Shown here one piece after another: positions 54,189 through 56,547 of a DNA stretch of 56,547 nucleotides. A model generated the notes under the pieces. That model was not told the origin of the DNA. It worked only from the letters and a program-made list of their open reading frames with translations, and searched no databases. The stretch comes from a virus (lineage: Duplodnaviria; Caudoviricetes): the IMG/VR virus record IMGVR_UViG_3300010401_000040, positions 1 to 56,547 of that record. One strand, written 5' to 3'. A program made the translations under genes and the position numbers. The stretch's first letter is position 1; every line of letters starts with the position of its first letter.

Positions 54189-55018
54189 TTTGCCTTTCGT
54201 AGTTCGATCCCCCTGGCTCGGATCTTTTGTTTCTCCTCGGGCACCAGCCGATCATATTGCTCGCGCGACATGAGCCCGGTTGAGTTGCAGCTGCGGCAGG
54301 CCTTGCCCGGCAGTATCTCCAGGCGTCCCTCGCATACCCCGCACACAACCGATGGCATCGCGTTGGATAAGAGGTGGTGCAACTGCTCGGCGCGCATGAT
54401 GGCCGACTGGTCCACCTTCATGAAGAGTGGGTCCTCTTCCTTGCGTCTCTCCTCCATCAGGCACTTGATGCGCGAGACTTCAGTCATCAGCTGGCGCAAT
54501 TCCTGGCGCCTCTCCCAGATCGGCAGGATGGGTTCTGGGATTATGACACCCATATCATCCTGCACTTTTGGCTTGGATGATGAGGGTTTCTTATTTGTTT
54601 GTGGGAGGTCTATAACCACCCCGTCCCTGGGGACTGGGTTGGCTAAGGCCTTCTGGATCTTGCTGACTTCCAGCTTCCGGTTCTCCTCCTTCTTTTCTTC
54701 GAACACGGCCTTCCAGCCCTTGTCCGGCGTGGTGGAAACCTCTCCAGTGGTTGCTTCAATGAGGGCCTGAGCGTCCTTAAAACGGGCAAGACGCCTCAAC
54801 TTCTCCACGTATTGGGTCTTCCGATTGAGGTGATCAGTGCAGAACTGATCGATGGTTTTACATACGGCCAGGTATGCCTTGGACTCGAAGAATGTGTTGC
54901 ACAATCTCCCGAGTTGAATCCCCGCCATGGCGCCGTTCTCAAACGAGTGGGCCAGGGCGTTGAATTGCTTAACGAAGTTGTCGCATACCGTCTTTTGCTG
55001 TGTTGGTGTGAGGTCCAT
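54185..55018 (-). CDS. hypothetical replication-associated protein with C-terminal Zn ribbon
   Basis: CGVC...CRSC..G; coupled to helicase. Confidence 0.75.
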   Translation of the reverse strand: MDLTPTQQKTVCDNFVKQFNALAHSFENGAMAGIQLGRLCNTFFESKAYLAVCKTIDQFCTDHLNRKTQYVEKLRRLARFKDAQALIEATTGEVSTTPDKGWKAVFEEKKEENRKLEVSKIQKALANPVPRDGVVIDLPQTNKKPSSSKPKVQDDMGVIIPEPILPIWERRQELRQLMTEVSRIKCLMEERRKEEDPLFMKVDQSAIMRAEQLHHLLSNAMPSVVCGVCEGRLEILPGKACRSCNSTGLMSREQYDRLVPEEKQKIRARGIELRKAK

Positions 55019-55041
55019 GTGGTGATCTTCCTAAAGAAATA

Positions 55042-55107
55042 GGCCCCGCCCCCAGGCGTGCATTGCGACCGACCTTGCGCCAGTCTTCAAAAACTAGGGA
55101 CGGGGCC
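55042..55107 (-). promoter_or_regulatory. structured leader/attenuator-like hairpin
   Basis: GGCCCCGTCCCTAG...CTGGGGGCGGGGCC followed by TATTTCTTT on the minus strand. Confidence 0.5.
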
Positions 55108-55135
55108 AAATAGCTCGAACAGTGCACGGATGAAT

Positions 55136-55165
55136 GGTGTATCACTTTTCCACCATTTCCGTCAA
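55136..55165 (-). promoter_or_regulatory. promoter of the replication operon
   Basis: TTGACG-N18-TACACC with extended -10 TG. Confidence 0.6.
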
Positions 55166-55244
55166 TGCCTACTTACTAACAAGTTATTGGTGGGGTTAGA
55201 CCCCCTGGGAGTGGGGGTGAGTTTGGGGTGATGATGCAGGAATT

Positions 55245-55472
55245 ATGATCCCTATGCTGATGGACGTTTCAATCGGTTCTGGTGGTATTGGCCAAGCCCT
55301 TATTTTGCTGGTGGTGGCAGTCATCGTGCTCGGCTTCCTTTGGTGGGTAAACGGCAATTACGTGCCTGAACCGATGCGGAAATTTGGGGTGTTAGTGATC
55401 GTGCTGATGTGCGTCATCTGCTTGATCAACTTTGCCTTGTCGTTGGGTGGGCACGGCTTTATCCACTGGTAG
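55245..55472 (+). CDS. small 2-TM membrane protein
   Basis: Two long hydrophobic helices linked by NYVPEPMRK; isolated plus-strand gene. Confidence 0.7.
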   Translation: MIPMLMDVSIGSGGIGQALILLVVAVIVLGFLWWVNGNYVPEPMRKFGVLVIVLMCVICLINFALSLGGHGFIHW

Positions 55473-55475
55473 GTC

Positions 55476-55727
55476 CTATTCCCTGGTGCGGACGCTTGGC
55501 AACGGTGGCGGGTTTTGCGGCAGGCGCCATTGCAGGACACCATTGGTCCCGCTGTCACTGCGTTTGATCAAGGTCAGGTTTGTGCAAAGCGTAATTTCCA
55601 CAACGTAAATGTTGGTCTCGATGACCGCTCGCTGCCGCACGTAATTGGTCCCGTCCTCACGCTTGAAGTCCGGCGTATTGACCCAGTTGGTTACGATCAG
55701 GGTGATCAGGAAAAGGTTGGTGTTCAT
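55476..55727 (-). CDS. TN-rich small protein (83 aa)
   Basis: Six TN dipeptides; hydrophobic N-terminus. Confidence 0.65.
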   Translation of the reverse strand: MNTNLFLITLIVTNWVNTPDFKREDGTNYVRQRAVIETNIYVVEITLCTNLTLIKRSDSGTNGVLQWRLPQNPPPLPSVRTRE

Positions 55728-55729
55728 TG

Positions 55730-56026
55730 TCAGGGGTTCAGGTAGTCATCGATCGCTTTATCCCGCATCGCCGCGCACTTCTTTTCAAGGGCTTCGGTTT
55801 GCAAATGCACATCGAGCGCGGTGGCATCAAAGTGCTCGATGACGTGCTTTAACTCATCACGCTCTCTCTCAAGCGCCTTCACCTGATCCCTCAGTCGGTT
55901 GCACTCATCCATCAGGTCGTTTGCCCGCTTGTTGTGGAATTGCCAGCCCTCATCCGAGATCCGGCATTGCTCCCTCAGTAGGGCGATCTCATCAAGGGAC
56001 TCCTGGGATTGATTCTCGTTTGCCAT
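55730..56026 (-). CDS. coiled-coil protein (MANEN...)
   Basis: Heptad pattern. Confidence 0.7.
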   Translation of the reverse strand: MANENQSQESLDEIALLREQCRISDEGWQFHNKRANDLMDECNRLRDQVKALERERDELKHVIEHFDATALDVHLQTEALEKKCAAMRDKAIDDYLNP

Positions 56027-56033
56027 AGGTCAG

Positions 56034-56285
56034 TCAGTTTGATGGTGTGTAGGCTTCTACCTCTGAGCCGCAGTGCGAGCCGTGCATGTGCGCCACTTGA
56101 AACACATTGACCAGTGGATACTTAATAATCAGATCGCCGGGCGTCTGGATGCAAAGTAGGGCGTCCTTGGTGTAAACCGCTACGGCGCGGATGCGCTTGG
56201 GTGACGAGGATGTGTGGAACAGGATTTCCACTTCAAACGCTTTGCGGGTCGATTTCTTACTCTGGGGTTTATTCTCGTTTGCCAT
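56034..56285 (-). CDS. hypothetical protein (MANEN...)
   Basis: Shares its 5' end with 55730-56026. Confidence 0.7.
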   Translation of the reverse strand: MANENKPQSKKSTRKAFEVEILFHTSSSPKRIRAVAVYTKDALLCIQTPGDLIIKYPLVNVFQVAHMHGSHCGSEVEAYTPSN

Positions 56286-56288
56286 AGG

Positions 56289-56543
56289 TCAGATTTTTCC
56301 TTTCAATTTGCGGAACTCGAACACCACTTTGCCCAGCGCTACCATGCACTCGTGGTAGACGTTCTGTTTGCTGGTCTTGAAGTGGCGCCCGATCACATCA
56401 AAGGTTTCGTTTGGTTCAAGGTGAGCCGAGGCTCTTATTCCTAGCTGGTGGTAGGTGCTCCAACAGGGGCGCCACTCGGCGATCGGTTTGATACCCCGAC
56501 GCGCCGAGCGATGCCGAAATGCCGCCGCTTCTCCCTTTTTCAT
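56289..56543 (-). CDS. sigma70 region 4-like HTH protein
   Basis: TFDVIGRHFKTSKQNVYHECMVALGKV resembles T..EIG......RERV.Q....AL.K. Confidence 0.65.
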   Translation of the reverse strand: MKKGEAAAFRHRSARRGIKPIAEWRPCWSTYHQLGIRASAHLEPNETFDVIGRHFKTSKQNVYHECMVALGKVVFEFRKLKGKI

Positions 56544-56547
56544 TAGA
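56425..56547. repeat. 123-bp direct terminal repeat (right copy)
   Basis: Exact match to 1-123. Confidence 0.97.

Overview
The window appears to be a complete, circularly assembled genome of a tailed dsDNA phage. Bases 1-123 equal 56425-56547, giving a unit length of about 56,424 bp. The layout is podovirus-like: portal, scaffold, major capsid, tail/nozzle proteins and three ejection-type proteins including a 2419-aa giant, with no tape measure or sheath gene. No integrase, DNA polymerase, tRNA or CRISPR array is recognisable. Early and replication genes are on the minus strand (SF2 helicase, primase, RusA-like resolvase, Sak4-like ATPase, ParB-like protein). A sugar-modification block and the structural genes are on the plus strand, except the terminase, which is inverted. 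The most striking element is a self-contained phage-encoded ubiquitin-like conjugation operon (Ubl, E2-like, unknown, E1/ThiF, unknown, JAB, then ParB-like). It has its own promoter, a structured leader and a terminator after the Ubl, and the Ubl ends in ...QKAA with no C-terminal glycine. Other oddities are a RusA-like resolvase whose motifs are split over two overlapping frames, a small gene nested inside the giant protein, TN-rich signal-peptide proteins in the structural module (weakly suggesting a Verrucomicrobiota host), and recurrent leaderless promoters. All calls come from reading motifs by eye; no database searches were run.
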